Assembly: GCA_902763905.1 (NCBI GenBank)
Contig: CACWUA010000001.1
Span: forward strand, 11-64,010
From: an uncultured Pseudomonadota bacterium
GTDB taxonomy: Bacteria > Pseudomonadota > Alphaproteobacteria > RF32 > CAG-239
DNA length: 64,000 nucleotides
Direction: 5' to 3'
Shown here: in pieces, positions 1 through 10,459 of the stretch
Position numbering within the stretch: position 1 is the stretch's first letter
How the letters are laid out: the number at the start of each line of letters is the position of its first letter
Position numbers and translations under genes: made by a program
Notes under the pieces: generated by a model
Told to the model about the DNA's origin: nothing
What the model saw: the letters and a program-made list of their open reading frames with translations, nothing else
Databases searched by the model: none

Positions 1-145
1 GAAGTTCCCCGACGAGTAAGGTAGCGAAAGCGCCCCGCAACGAGGCGATGGGAACGAGTGTCCGAAGCTTAAATTTGCTACTGAAAAAACAGTGAAAAAA
101 TTTAAGCAAGAAGATCCTCCCTATCTCCACCAATCAAACGAAAGA

Positions 146-175
146 CGGGATTTAGTCCCGTCTTTTTGTTTTAAG
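146..175 (+). terminator. Rho-independent terminator (GACGGGA-tttag-TCCCGTC followed by TTTTTGTTTT)
   Basis: Perfect 7-bp stem with a 5-nt loop followed by a T-run. It lies upstream of the typA promoter region and would terminate whatever + strand gene or RNA ends in the first ~140 nt. Confidence 0.55.
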
Positions 176-324
176 GTTCTACCAGTATATTCTTTAGTGC
201 CTTTTGTTTTACATAAATAAATACGAAAATGCTTGAAAATAAAAAAAAATGCGCTATGGTATGTCGAATTTGAATGACAAGTTTTTAATTTGTTGAACTG
301 ATGCATTTTAAGGGAATGAAACAG

Positions 325-2154
325 ATGAGTATGAGAAATATTGCGATTATAGCTCACGTTGACCATGGTAAGACCACGTTGGTTGACGGATTGTTGAGAC
401 AAAGCGGAACTTTCCGCGATAACCAAAAAGTTGTTGACTGCGTTATGGATAGTAATGACTTGGAGCGTGAACGCGGTATTACCATACTTTCCAAATGTAC
501 ATCAGTTGATTGGAACGGTACCCATATTAATATTGTTGACACACCGGGACACGCTGATTTCGGCGGCGAAGTTGAGCGTATTCTCTCGATGGTGGACGGT
601 GTGGTGTTGTTGGTGGATGCTTCCGAAGGACCGATGCCGCAAACCAAATTTGTGTTGGGAAAAGCCTTAAAAATCGGCTTAAAACCGATTGTGGTAATCA
701 ACAAAGCCGATAAGGCTGATGCGCGTCCGGATGAGGTGCTGAATGAGATTTTTGATTTGTTTGTCAGCCTCGATGCCAATGATGAACAGCTTGATTTTCC
801 GACATTGTATGCTTCGGGACGTAACGGTTGGGCCGTACGCGATTTGGCTGACGAGCACAAGGATTTAACCCCGTTGTTTGAAACTATTTTAAGCTATGTC
901 AGTGAGCCGGTTTGCGAGCCGGATAAACCGTTCAGAATGTTGGCAACCACGTTGGAAGCCGATAAATTCGTCGGCCGTATTCTTACCGGTAAAATCCAGA
1001 GCGGTAGCGTCAAAGTTAATGATACGGTAAAGGTTATCAATCAAAACGGCGAAGTCGAACGCACCAAAATTACCAAAATTATGGCCTATCAGGGGCTTGA
1101 CCGTGTTGCCTTAAACGAGGCGCATGCCGGCGATATCGTCGCGGTGGCCGGTATTGTTAAAGGTACGGTGGCGGATACGATTTGTGCGCTTGATGTGCCG
1201 GTAACAGATTATATTCACGCTCAGCCGATTGACCCACCGACACTTGTGATGACTTTTTCGGTTAATGATTCTCCGCTTGCCGGTCGTGAGGGCGACAAAG
1301 TTACGTCGCGCGTAATTTGGGCTCGCTTGGAAAAAGAAGCTGAAGGCAATATTGCACTCAAAATTTCACGCACCGACAATACCGACAGTTTTGAAGTTGC
1401 CGGTCGCGGCGAATTGCAGCTCGGTGTGCTGATTGAAACTATGCGCCGTGAAGGCTTTGAACTTTCGATTTCGCGTCCGCGCGTGATTATGAAACGCGAC
1501 GAAAACGGTCAACTTTTGGAGCCGATTGAGGAAGTTGTGGTTGATGTTGACGAAGAATTTTCCGGTACTGTGGTAGAAAAAATGGGGCAGCGCCGTGCTG
1601 AAATGACGGATATGATTCCGTCGCAAGTCGGCAATAAAGTGCGTTTGATTTTCCATGCACCTTCCCGCGGTTTAATCGGTTATCATTCCGAGTTTTTAAC
1701 CGATACGCGCGGTACCGGTGTCATGAACCGTATTTTTTACGGTTTTGAGCCGTACAAAGGAGAAATCGAAAATCGGCGCAATGGTGTGATGATTTCGAGC
1801 GAAGACGGGCAAGCAATCGCTTATTCGTTGTGGAAGTTGCAAGACCGCGGCCCGATGTTTGTTGAACATAATTCACCTGTTTATGTCGGTATGATTATCG
1901 GCGAACACAATAAATATAACGATATTGATGTTAACCCGACCAAGTCAAAACAGTTGACGAATATTCGTGCCGCCGGCAAAGACGAAGCCATTGATTTGAT
2001 TCCGCCGAGAAAACTCAGTTTGGAACAGGCTTTGTCGTACATTCAAGCTGACGAGTTGTTGGAAGTTACACCGAAATCGTTGCGTCTGCGCAAGCGTATT
2101 TTGGACCCGATTGCCCGCAAGCGTGCGAGAATAGCTGCCGGCGAAGCGGAATAA
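325..2154 (+). CDS. typA: Translational GTPase TypA/BipA
   Basis: The N-terminus NIAIIAHVDHGKTTLVDGLL is a G1 motif. The ORF is full length (~610 aa) with EF-G-like domains. An AAGGGA Shine-Dalgarno sits ~9 nt upstream of the ATG at 325; in-frame ATGs at 301 and 316 are less likely starts. Confidence 0.9.
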   Translation: MSMRNIAIIAHVDHGKTTLVDGLLRQSGTFRDNQKVVDCVMDSNDLERERGITILSKCTSVDWNGTHINIVDTPGHADFGGEVERILSMVDGVVLLVDASEGPMPQTKFVLGKALKIGLKPIVVINKADKADARPDEVLNEIFDLFVSLDANDEQLDFPTLYASGRNGWAVRDLADEHKDLTPLFETILSYVSEPVCEPDKPFRMLATTLEADKFVGRILTGKIQSGSVKVNDTVKVINQNGEVERTKITKIMAYQGLDRVALNEAHAGDIVAVAGIVKGTVADTICALDVPVTDYIHAQPIDPPTLVMTFSVNDSPLAGREGDKVTSRVIWARLEKEAEGNIALKISRTDNTDSFEVAGRGELQLGVLIETMRREGFELSISRPRVIMKRDENGQLLEPIEEVVVDVDEEFSGTVVEKMGQRRAEMTDMIPSQVGNKVRLIFHAPSRGLIGYHSEFLTDTRGTGVMNRIFYGFEPYKGEIENRRNGVMISSEDGQAIAYSLWKLQDRGPMFVEHNSPVYVGMIIGEHNKYNDIDVNPTKSKQLTNIRAAGKDEAIDLIPPRKLSLEQALSYIQADELLEVTPKSLRLRKRILDPIARKRARIAAGEAE

Positions 2155-2271
2155 GAACAGTGTATTTAAATCTTTTTCATTGAGAGTTGTGCATTTTAGC
2201 ATCAGTCTCTTGCGTTTGCAAAAAACAAACTCTAAATAACTCTCATAGAAAAGAATTCAAAGAGTAAAAAA

Positions 2272-3402
2272 ATGGCAGATACCGAATACTATGATTTGTT
2301 GGAAATAAGTCCGACCGCCTCACCGGAGGAGGTTAAGAAGGCCTTTCGCAAACAAGCGATGAAATATCACCCTGACCGCAATCCGGGGGATAAAGAAGCC
2401 GAGCAAAGATTTAAGCAAATTAATGAGGCTTATGAAGTTTTGAAAGATGAGCAAAAACGTGCCGCTTATGACCATTACGGCAAAGAAGGTATAAACGGAA
2501 TGGGTGGCATGGGCGCCGGCGGATTTGACTTCGGCGGCGGATTTGCCGATGTATTTAATGATATTTTTTCGGAATTTATGGGCGGTGGACGCGGACGTGG
2601 CAATAGAGCCGCTTACGAACAACGCGGCAGTGATTTGCGCTACAATCTCAATATAACGCTGGAAAAAGCCTTTAGCGGAACCGAAGAAGAAATTACCTAC
2701 CCGACCACCGAAAATTGCGAAGCTTGCCACGGCCACGGTACCAAAAACGGCGAAAAACCGTCAGAATGTCCGACTTGTCACGGCAGCGGCAAAGTGCGTC
2801 GGCAACAGGGCGGATTTTTGTTTTTTGAAACTGTCTGCCCGACTTGCGGCGGCAGCGGTTATGCCGTAACCGATCCGTGTCCGAAATGTCATGGTGCGGG
2901 ACAGAAAAAAATCAATAAAACCATCAAAGTCAAGATTAAACCTGGGATTGAAAGTAATATGCGGATTCGCGTTGCCGGTGCCGGTATGGCTGGTATTCAC
3001 GGCGGCGAAAACGGCGATTTGTATGTCGGAGTGGTTGTTGAGCCGCATAAGCTCTATGAAAGAAACGGTGCCGATTTATATACGGCAGTTCCGATTTCGG
3101 TTTGCTGTGCCATTTTAGGCGGTAAAGTGGAAATTCCGGGGATTGACGGCAAAAAAGTTGAAGTAAATGTGCCGGCCGGCACGCAAAATGATACTTTGAT
3201 TAAAGTCAAAGGCGAAGGAATGTGCCTGTATGATACGGAGAAGCGCGGCGATTTATATGTCAGCATCAAAGTTGTGATTCCGACTAAGCTCAGCGACAAA
3301 CAAAAGGAGCTGATTGAAGCTTTCCGTGCTGAAAGCAAAGACGATTCTTGCCAACCGGAAATCAAGGGATTTTTTGATAAAGTAGCCGACTTATTTAAAT
3401 AG
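2272..3402 (+). CDS. dnaJ: Chaperone DnaJ
   Basis: J domain with an HPD motif (KYHPDRN), a Gly/Phe-rich linker, four CxxCxGxG zinc-finger repeats and a C-terminal substrate-binding domain. Confidence 0.92.
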   Translation: MADTEYYDLLEISPTASPEEVKKAFRKQAMKYHPDRNPGDKEAEQRFKQINEAYEVLKDEQKRAAYDHYGKEGINGMGGMGAGGFDFGGGFADVFNDIFSEFMGGGRGRGNRAAYEQRGSDLRYNLNITLEKAFSGTEEEITYPTTENCEACHGHGTKNGEKPSECPTCHGSGKVRRQQGGFLFFETVCPTCGGSGYAVTDPCPKCHGAGQKKINKTIKVKIKPGIESNMRIRVAGAGMAGIHGGENGDLYVGVVVEPHKLYERNGADLYTAVPISVCCAILGGKVEIPGIDGKKVEVNVPAGTQNDTLIKVKGEGMCLYDTEKRGDLYVSIKVVIPTKLSDKQKELIEAFRAESKDDSCQPEIKGFFDKVADLFK

Positions 3403-3551
3403 AAATGTTGTGAAAGATATACATACAATTTGAATAATCGGTCTTGTTGTCTGCAATCTGTATGGCAGTATTCAGGCGTACCCTTCGGCGATAGTTAACA
3501 ACATTTTATGCTTGTGGACTTTTATCCGGATTTTTAAAAACCGTAAATTAT

Positions 3552-5575
3552 TTAATTAGTACGATCAATTAAATCACCGATAGCATCTTCATCGGTGTCA
3601 TCGTCAATCAAATCACCGATATCTTCTTTCGGCAGTTGCAAAGCCGGATATTTCGGTGCACCGGCCGGCGTATCTTTGATGGTGGTCATCATGATATCAT
3701 GCCAAATCTTTGCCGGTAAATTCCCTCCCCCTATTTTATTCATCGGTTTATCATTGTCATTACCTACCCATACGGCGGTGATATATTTGTTAGTCCAACC
3801 GATAAACCATGCATCGCGATAGTTCTGGGTGGTACCGGTTTTTCCGGCAGCAAATATCGGCAGACGCGCATTATGTCCGGTTCCCTGATTAATCACGGCC
3901 TCCAACATTTTGGTTAAATTAAGCACATCGGCGGCATCTAAAATTCGAGCCGGTTTTTCGGTTTGGCGCAAGTAGAGCTGCCGTCCGTCATGTGTTGCAA
4001 TTTCATTGATGGCATACGGCCATACTTCGTATCCTCCGTTAGCTAACACTGCGTAAGCTGTCGCCATATCAATAAGTTTAACGGTGTTTGTTCCCAAAAC
4101 CATTGACGGATCCAACGATAAATCAGTCGTGATACCCATTTTATGTGCATTGGCGGCAATATCTTTAAGATACAGCTCTCGCGAAAGTCTTACCGTTGCA
4201 GCATTGAGCGATTGAGCCAAAGCATAAGTTAAAGAAACATCACCGTAATAACGTTTAGTGTAATTTTCCGGTTTCCATTTACCGATGCTTATAGGGGAGT
4301 CTGAGATGATGCTGGATGGTGTAAAACCGACTTGCAAAGCAGTCAAATAAACAAAAGGCTTGAATGAAGAGCCGGCTTGTCGCCTTGCCTGAACCGCCCG
4401 ATTGAATTGGCTGCGATTATAATCTACTCCACCTACCATGGCTTTAATAGCACCGCTTTTATCTAAAATAACCACAGCACCTTCGCTCACGTTTTTATCT
4501 TTTGCCTCACTGATTTTAGCACGCATGATTTTTTCGGCGGTTTCCTGTAGTTTTTGATCAAGGGTTGTCATAACCACCAAGTCCTCGGTGCGTTCTCCGA
4601 CAAATTCATTGACTTTATCATAAACATATTGTGCAAAATGTTTGCCACCTGTAACGCGATATTCTTGTCCGTTGCCGATAGGCTGATTGAGCGCTTGCTT
4701 ATATTCTTTTTCGCTGATGAATTTATATTTTTTCATGCTGTTCAATACAATGTCAGCACGTTTTAAAGCCGATTCTCGGCGCAAAATCGGATTATAACGA
4801 TTCGGAGCTTTCAGCATACCGGCCAAAATTGCCGCTTCGCGCAAGTTAAGGTCATTTACATTTTTATTGAAATACCAATTTGCAGCGGCATCAGCACCAT
4901 AGTTACCCGAGCCGAAATAAACTCTATTAAGATATAGCGCCATAATCTGCTCTTTACTCATTTTCTTTTCGAGCCACAGCGCCAACAACAGTTCTTGCAC
5001 TTTACGCCGTACCGTCTTATTCGGGGTTAAGAAAATATTTTTTGCCACTTGCTGAGTTATTGTCGATGCTCCTTGAGCATAACGCTTGCGAAAAACATTG
5101 GTAAACACGGCTCGGGTAAATCCGAAAACGTCAAAACCGAAGTGCTTATAAAAACGGTGATCTTCAATGGCAATAACGGCATCTGTCAGATTTTTAGGCA
5201 GATTATTCGGATAAATTACCTGCGCATAAATATTGCCGAATTTCGCTATATCATTACCATTCTCTGCCATAATAACCGTTGACGGCTGTCGAGTGCGCGC
5301 CACGGCTTTTTGAATATTGGGCATGGTAATGTAGCAATAAAAAACATAACCGCATATAAGCAAAAATATTGCCAATCCGCTCCAAAAGGTAAATTTAAGC
5401 AATTTTCTTTTCCATGAAACCCGATGCTTGGATGTTTTCGCATTTTTTTTGCGTTGCATTGCCGGTTGTTTACGCGCAGAAGTAACTTGCTTTGTTGAAT
5501 TTCCGCGTTTGGCTGTGGTTTGCTTTTTCAGCGGTATGGTTTTGTTTTTGCTTGTTTTATTTGTTGCTACTGTCA
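3552..5575 (-). CDS. mrcA: Penicillin-binding protein 1A (bifunctional transglycosylase/transpeptidase)
   Basis: An N-terminal TM segment, a GT51 transglycosylase region (EDHRFYKHFGFD, RKVQELLLALWLEKK) and a transpeptidase region (SSFKPF, KTGTT) are present. The start was moved to the ATG at 5575 because a GAGGAAATC Shine-Dalgarno sits immediately upstream; the longer ORF to 5645 has no RBS. Confidence 0.85.
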
Positions 5576-5706
5576 TGATTTCCTCGTTGCTGATGACTGC
5601 ATTATGCCTTTTATAAGTTAAAGAAATCATAAAGTTTGGGAGCAAAATTTAAAATACTTTGCGCTGTACATAAAACATGATTATATTTTACCCAAGGAGA
5701 AAAAAT

Positions 5707-8421
5707 ATGAGTAAAGTTTGCCTGATTGATGGTTCCGGATATATTTTTCGTGCTTTTTATGCCCTACCCGCCATGACCTCACCCGATGGGACTCCGGTTA
5801 ATGCCGTTTACGGCTTTATTACAATGTTTATGCGGCTTTTGAAAAATATTCCGTGTGATTATTGTGTGGTGCTTTTTGATGCCAAACGGCAGAATTTTCG
5901 CAATGATTTTTTTACCGAATATAAAGCAAACCGCGCCGAAATACCGGAATTGCTGATTCCGCAGTTTGATTTAATACATCAAGCTGTGGAATTAATGGGA
6001 TTGCCTTATGTGATGCAAGAAGGATATGAAGCTGATGATTTGATTGCTACTTACGCACGTCAGGCTCTAGATTCGGGTAAAGAGGCCGTGGTGGTTTCGG
6101 CAGACAAAGATTTAATGCAGCTGATTCGTTCGGGAATTACTTATTATGACGGTATGAAAGATAAATTTTACACATCGGAAGATGTTAAAGAAAAATTTGG
6201 CGTATATCCTGATAAAGTCGTAGATGTACAAGCACTTTCCGGTGATAAAATCGATAATATTCCGGGTGTGCCCGGTATCGGTCCAAAAACCGCTGCCGAA
6301 TTGGTGAACGAATATGGTTCATTACAGGGAGTGCTGGCTAACGCCGATAAAATTAAGCAGCAAAAACGCCGCGAATTGCTGATTTCTCATCACGACGATG
6401 CCGAAATTTCTCTTAAATTGGTTACGCTGAAAAATGATGTTCCGGTTGAACATAATTTGGAAGAATTTAAGTGCAAGGCTCCGCAAAACACAAAATTGTT
6501 GGAATTTATTGATAAATACGGTTTTAAAAGTATTCGTCCAAAGCTGGAAAGATGGATTAATGACCGTTGCAATGAGGTTGGAGCCGAACCGGTACTGCAG
6601 CAATCAGAACCGGAGCCGCAAACTCATTATACCAAAATAGAAAATCGCCGGCAATTGGAAGAACTTTACAAAGAAATTAAAAGAGCCGGACAGATGGCAT
6701 TTCAGACAATGTTTGACGGTCAAAAAACAGTAGGAATCAGTATAAGTCCGCAAGTTTATACGGCTTATTATTTACCGATTCCGAACCAAGCAATCGGGAC
6801 GGATTTGTTTGCTTTTGACAACATTCAGATAAGAGATATGGATTTTGTTGCGGTAAGCAATTTTTTGCAAGCGGTTTTGAATGATAGATATATCTTAAAA
6901 ATTGCAGCAGATATTAAAGCACAGTGGCATCGTTTAAATATGCTTTGCGGAAAAAGAATGAATTTATGGCCGTATGATGATTTGGCAATAATATCATATG
7001 ACTTGGATTCTTCGGAGCATGAGCACACACTTCCGGTGCTGTCGAAAATGTTCTTGGATAAATCATTGGAGGAGCCGAAATCTTCTTCGCGCCGCGAAAT
7101 AATCAATTTTGAAGCGGAAGAAAATGGCGAATATATTTATGCTGTTGCCGATTACGCTTCGCGTCTTTATCCTCTGCTTAAAGAACGTTTATTGGTTGAG
7201 AAAAAGAATTATGTGTATGAATGCATTGATCGCCGTCTGGTCGAGGTTTTATTGGATATGGAAGATGCCGGCATAGTGGTCAACGATAAAACTTTATTGG
7301 AACTCGATGCCGAATTTGAAAAACAGCTGAATCTCATAGAAAAAGATATTTTCGAATTGGCCGGAGAAGAATTTAATATCAGCTCTCCGGTGCAAATAGG
7401 ACATATTCTGTTTGAAAAAATGGGACTTAAAGGCAAGAAAACCACCACCGGACGTTATAATACCGGTGCCGAAGTTTTGGAACAACTGGCGGATGAATAT
7501 GAAATTGCCGCCAAAATTTTGGAATGGCGCACCTATGCCAAACTAAAATCGACTTATACTACCTCGCTGTTGGAAGCACGCGATTCGCATAATCGGGTTC
7601 ACACAACTTTTTCGCAAATCGTTGTTAATACGGGACGCTTGGCATCATCAAATCCCAACTTGCAAAATATTCCGAACCGCACAGATATAGGTCGCCGGAT
7701 TCGCGCATGTTTTGAGGCACAAAAAGGTTATAAATTGGTTGCCGCCGATTATAGCCAGATGGAGCTACGTTTGATGGCTTCGGTTGCCGGCGTAAAAGCT
7801 TTAAAAGAAGCGTTTGCGGACGGTGTTGATGTCCATGCGGCAACGGCAGCGCGGGTGTTCGGGGTGGCACCGGATAAAGTTGATCGTGAGCATCGTACTC
7901 GTGCCAAAGCCATAAACTTCGGTATCATTTACGGGATATCGCAGTTCGGTTTAGCCAAACAAATCAATGTATCGCGTGATGCGGCTAAACAATACATCGA
8001 TTCGTATTTTACCATTATGCCGGAAGTCAGGAGTTTTATGGATAAAACCATAGAGTTTGCCCATCGTTACGGTTATGTGGAAACGCCGTATGGGCGTAAA
8101 TGTTCGGTACCTGACATAAATAACCAAAATCATAGATTATCTTCGTTTGCGGAACGTGCAGCCATTAATGCTCCGATACAAGGCGGAGCGGCCGATATCG
8201 TAAAGCTGGCAATGCAAAGGATTGCCGCTGCTCTCAAAGAGAGAAATTGGGATGCTCGTTTGTTGTTGCAAGTGCACGATGAACTTGTGATAGAGGCAAA
8301 AGAAGACATAGTACCTCAAGTTTCCGCGCTGCTAAAGCAAATAATGGAGGAAACAGCAGATACCGCTGTAAAAATGGTGGCGGAAGTGGGAAGCGGCAGC
8401 AATTGGAATGATGCACATTGA
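5707..8421 (+). CDS. polA: DNA polymerase I
   Basis: 5'-3' exonuclease domain (LIDGSGYIFRAFYA), a 3'-5' exonuclease-like region and a family A polymerase domain (RRIRACF..ADYSQMELR..QVHDELV). An AGGAGA RBS precedes the ATG at 5707. Confidence 0.92.
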   Translation: MSKVCLIDGSGYIFRAFYALPAMTSPDGTPVNAVYGFITMFMRLLKNIPCDYCVVLFDAKRQNFRNDFFTEYKANRAEIPELLIPQFDLIHQAVELMGLPYVMQEGYEADDLIATYARQALDSGKEAVVVSADKDLMQLIRSGITYYDGMKDKFYTSEDVKEKFGVYPDKVVDVQALSGDKIDNIPGVPGIGPKTAAELVNEYGSLQGVLANADKIKQQKRRELLISHHDDAEISLKLVTLKNDVPVEHNLEEFKCKAPQNTKLLEFIDKYGFKSIRPKLERWINDRCNEVGAEPVLQQSEPEPQTHYTKIENRRQLEELYKEIKRAGQMAFQTMFDGQKTVGISISPQVYTAYYLPIPNQAIGTDLFAFDNIQIRDMDFVAVSNFLQAVLNDRYILKIAADIKAQWHRLNMLCGKRMNLWPYDDLAIISYDLDSSEHEHTLPVLSKMFLDKSLEEPKSSSRREIINFEAEENGEYIYAVADYASRLYPLLKERLLVEKKNYVYECIDRRLVEVLLDMEDAGIVVNDKTLLELDAEFEKQLNLIEKDIFELAGEEFNISSPVQIGHILFEKMGLKGKKTTTGRYNTGAEVLEQLADEYEIAAKILEWRTYAKLKSTYTTSLLEARDSHNRVHTTFSQIVVNTGRLASSNPNLQNIPNRTDIGRRIRACFEAQKGYKLVAADYSQMELRLMASVAGVKALKEAFADGVDVHAATAARVFGVAPDKVDREHRTRAKAINFGIIYGISQFGLAKQINVSRDAAKQYIDSYFTIMPEVRSFMDKTIEFAHRYGYVETPYGRKCSVPDINNQNHRLSSFAERAAINAPIQGGAADIVKLAMQRIAAALKERNWDARLLLQVHDELVIEAKEDIVPQVSALLKQIMEETADTAVKMVAEVGSGSNWNDAH

Positions 8422-8441
8422 CAAATCCTTGTTTTATTGAC

Positions 8442-8471
8442 CAAATCGGCAATAAAATACTAAAATGTAAC
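8442..8471 (+). promoter_or_regulatory. Putative sigma70-like promoter (TTGACC-18-TAAAAT) for the Cys-rich protein gene
   Basis: A -35-like and a -10-like hexamer with 18-nt spacing lie ~75 nt upstream of the ATG at 8545. This is a sequence-pattern call only. Confidence 0.25.
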
Positions 8472-8544
8472 AAAAAATTCACATTTCTTCTTTAAAAAGT
8501 ATGTTACACTTATGATGTGGGGATATGTTTAAAGGAGAAATAAA

Positions 8545-10326
8545 ATGCGTATTAAGATGAATATGTCTCGATGTATAGGAGGCATGGCTGTAATGGCTTT
8601 ATGGTTTGTTACGGCCGTATATCCGGCGAGGGCAGACGTCTGCTTTTTGCCGACGGGAATATGTGAGCAAGGAGTTACCACCAAAAACGACACCGCCCAG
8701 TGCACTTTGAATCTCAGTATTTACAAGAGTGCGCCGGTAGAGGGCAAAAAGTGTACAAAAGTCGAGGTTCCCGGGTGTCCGACGGTGTATGAATGTTTTG
8801 ATGACAGCTGCGATGCCCGCGGTTATAAGATCAAAGGCACCACCAGTCAGACTACCTACCCGAACAGTTATAATCCGAATACTTGGACCTGTAACAGTTG
8901 TTTGCAGGGTAAGACGTATTTTTGGAATTGTACTCCGAAACCTTGCTCTAGAGGTACCACCAAAGCCAAAGCATCTTGTGCGGCCGGTTATGAGTGGCAA
9001 GCTCAGAATGATTACGGAATGTCCGGTAATGATAAATGCGGAACTTGCGTTATGAGCAGCTGTCCGTCCGGAACAACTTCGGCTCCGGCCAGCGGATGTC
9101 AAATTTGCGAAGTTAGCAGCAGACTGGTAAATGGCACTAAGTGTTACAAATGCCACAGCATGTCAACTGATTATAAAACTCAAACGCAGATTGACTCTAC
9201 ATACAGAAGAAACTTAGCCGGTTCTTGCTATCACTTTAATTCCAAACAAGCAGCTGACAACACAGTATGTTACAATGTTACGGAAAGTGAATGCGGCACT
9301 GATCAATACAAAGGTAAAGCAACCGTCAACGGCCAGATGGCTTGTCAGTGCGTTAATTATGCATACACTTTTGTAACAACAGACGGCAAAGAAGAAGTCA
9401 ATCTTAATTTTCCGGCAACCGGCGGTACTAGCAGTGTAGGGATAAGTTCGGCAAGGAGTGCTACATATTATGGCGGTGGTTTCAGTGAAGGAATTTATTT
9501 TTCGTCTCGAAATACTGAAGGCAGCGGTTTAAGTGTTAGCACATCTGGTAACGTAACAACAATATCCGCTCCTAAAAATGAGGATCAAACCACGGATAAA
9601 ACTTATACCGTACAACTTATCCAACAGTATTCAAACAAAGTAATTACCATCCATGTAAAAGTGGCTCATGATGCTTGTCCGAATGATTATAAATTTGATG
9701 ATAAATGTGAGCAAACCGGTTGGAGAACAAAAACCGATAACAGAACATCTACCACTGGTAAAGCGTGCTATAAGTGCTATAATGATAATTGCTCGACAGG
9801 GTTTACCAAGGGAACAACTCCGACTAACGGCAACTATGATACCGAGACAACACCGTATGGCTCTAACTGCTATAAAGCAAAGCCGGATGATTGCCCGAGC
9901 GGATATACCAAGGGTTCAACTCCGCTGCCGACAAATCACTATAACACCAGCACCACGCCATTTGGTAGCAACTGCTATCAGCAGATATCGGATGATTGCA
10001 CATACGGTTCTCTGAATCCGGGGTACTGCCCGTATGGCCGGAGTTATGTAGGTAAATCAACTTTAGGCAATGATTGCTATGAATGCGATTCGCCGTCTTA
10101 TTGGTGGGATGACGATGACGACGATGACGACGACGATGACGATGATGATGGTTGCCCAGCCGGTGAAACAATGACTACACACGCAGGTTGCTGTAAATGG
10201 GGTGAATTATATCATACTAGTGGATATTATAGCTGCTGCGAGTGCGGTTCAGATTCCGATTGCCCTAGTACAGGCATCCATGGTACGTATATTGGATGTG
10301 TCGGTTGTGAATGTGAGGGCTATTAA
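8545..10326 (+). CDS. Secreted Cys-rich, Thr/Ser-rich repeat protein with a poly-Asp(14) tract (no recognisable family)
   Basis: An AGGAGA RBS lies 7 nt upstream. The N-terminus is signal-peptide-like (MAVMALWFVTAVYPARA|DV). The protein has more than 60 Cys and internal repeats (TTPYGSNCYKAKPDDCPSGYTKGSTP / TTPFGSNCYQQISDDCTYG). A D14 run is followed by a Cys-dense C-terminus. Confidence 0.6.
   Translation: MRIKMNMSRCIGGMAVMALWFVTAVYPARADVCFLPTGICEQGVTTKNDTAQCTLNLSIYKSAPVEGKKCTKVEVPGCPTVYECFDDSCDARGYKIKGTTSQTTYPNSYNPNTWTCNSCLQGKTYFWNCTPKPCSRGTTKAKASCAAGYEWQAQNDYGMSGNDKCGTCVMSSCPSGTTSAPASGCQICEVSSRLVNGTKCYKCHSMSTDYKTQTQIDSTYRRNLAGSCYHFNSKQAADNTVCYNVTESECGTDQYKGKATVNGQMACQCVNYAYTFVTTDGKEEVNLNFPATGGTSSVGISSARSATYYGGGFSEGIYFSSRNTEGSGLSVSTSGNVTTISAPKNEDQTTDKTYTVQLIQQYSNKVITIHVKVAHDACPNDYKFDDKCEQTGWRTKTDNRTSTTGKACYKCYNDNCSTGFTKGTTPTNGNYDTETTPYGSNCYKAKPDDCPSGYTKGSTPLPTNHYNTSTTPFGSNCYQQISDDCTYGSLNPGYCPYGRSYVGKSTLGNDCYECDSPSYWWDDDDDDDDDDDDDDGCPAGETMTTHAGCCKWGELYHTSGYYSCCECGSDSDCPSTGIHGTYIGCVGCECEGY
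10108..10149 (+). repeat. (GAY)14 trinucleotide microsatellite encoding poly-Asp
   Basis: Fourteen consecutive GAT/GAC codons lie inside the Cys-rich protein gene. Confidence 0.85.
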
Positions 10327-10380
10327 TCTCAATCAGACAGGTTAATATACCCAATCCATAATCAGGTACAAATATAAAAC

Positions 10381-10411
10381 AAAGGGAGGTGGTTTTATCC
10401 TCCCTTTTTTG
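10381..10411 (+). terminator. Rho-independent terminator (GGGAGG-loop-CCTCCC followed by T7)
   Basis: A 6-bp GC stem with a 9-nt loop followed by TTTTTTT, directly downstream of the Cys-rich protein gene. Confidence 0.7.
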
Positions 10412-10459
10412 TTGCATCTTGCGGATTCTTATGCTATACACCTCATCTGAGGTATAAAC

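Noticed and set aside
1-140. Possible tmRNA/tRNA 3' end (…CTCCACCA) at the window start
   Set aside because: No TΨC-arm (GGTTCGAATCC-like) or acceptor-stem partner could be found, so the resemblance rests only on the terminal CCACCA. It is kept as a low-interest finding, not as a feature.
121-426. 101-aa minus-strand ORF overlapping the typA promoter and start
   Set aside because: It lacks an RBS, has low-complexity composition and runs antisense across the typA 5' end. It is most likely a spurious ORF.
354-860. Antisense and alternative-frame ORFs inside well-supported genes (e.g. 354-860 -, 8599-9156 -, 20421-20819 -, 25139-25564 -, 33253-33531 +, 48141-48617 -, 54201-54788 -)
   Set aside because: These are shadow ORFs opposite or inside confidently assigned coding sequences. 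They have no independent RBS or start context and no recognisable protein features.
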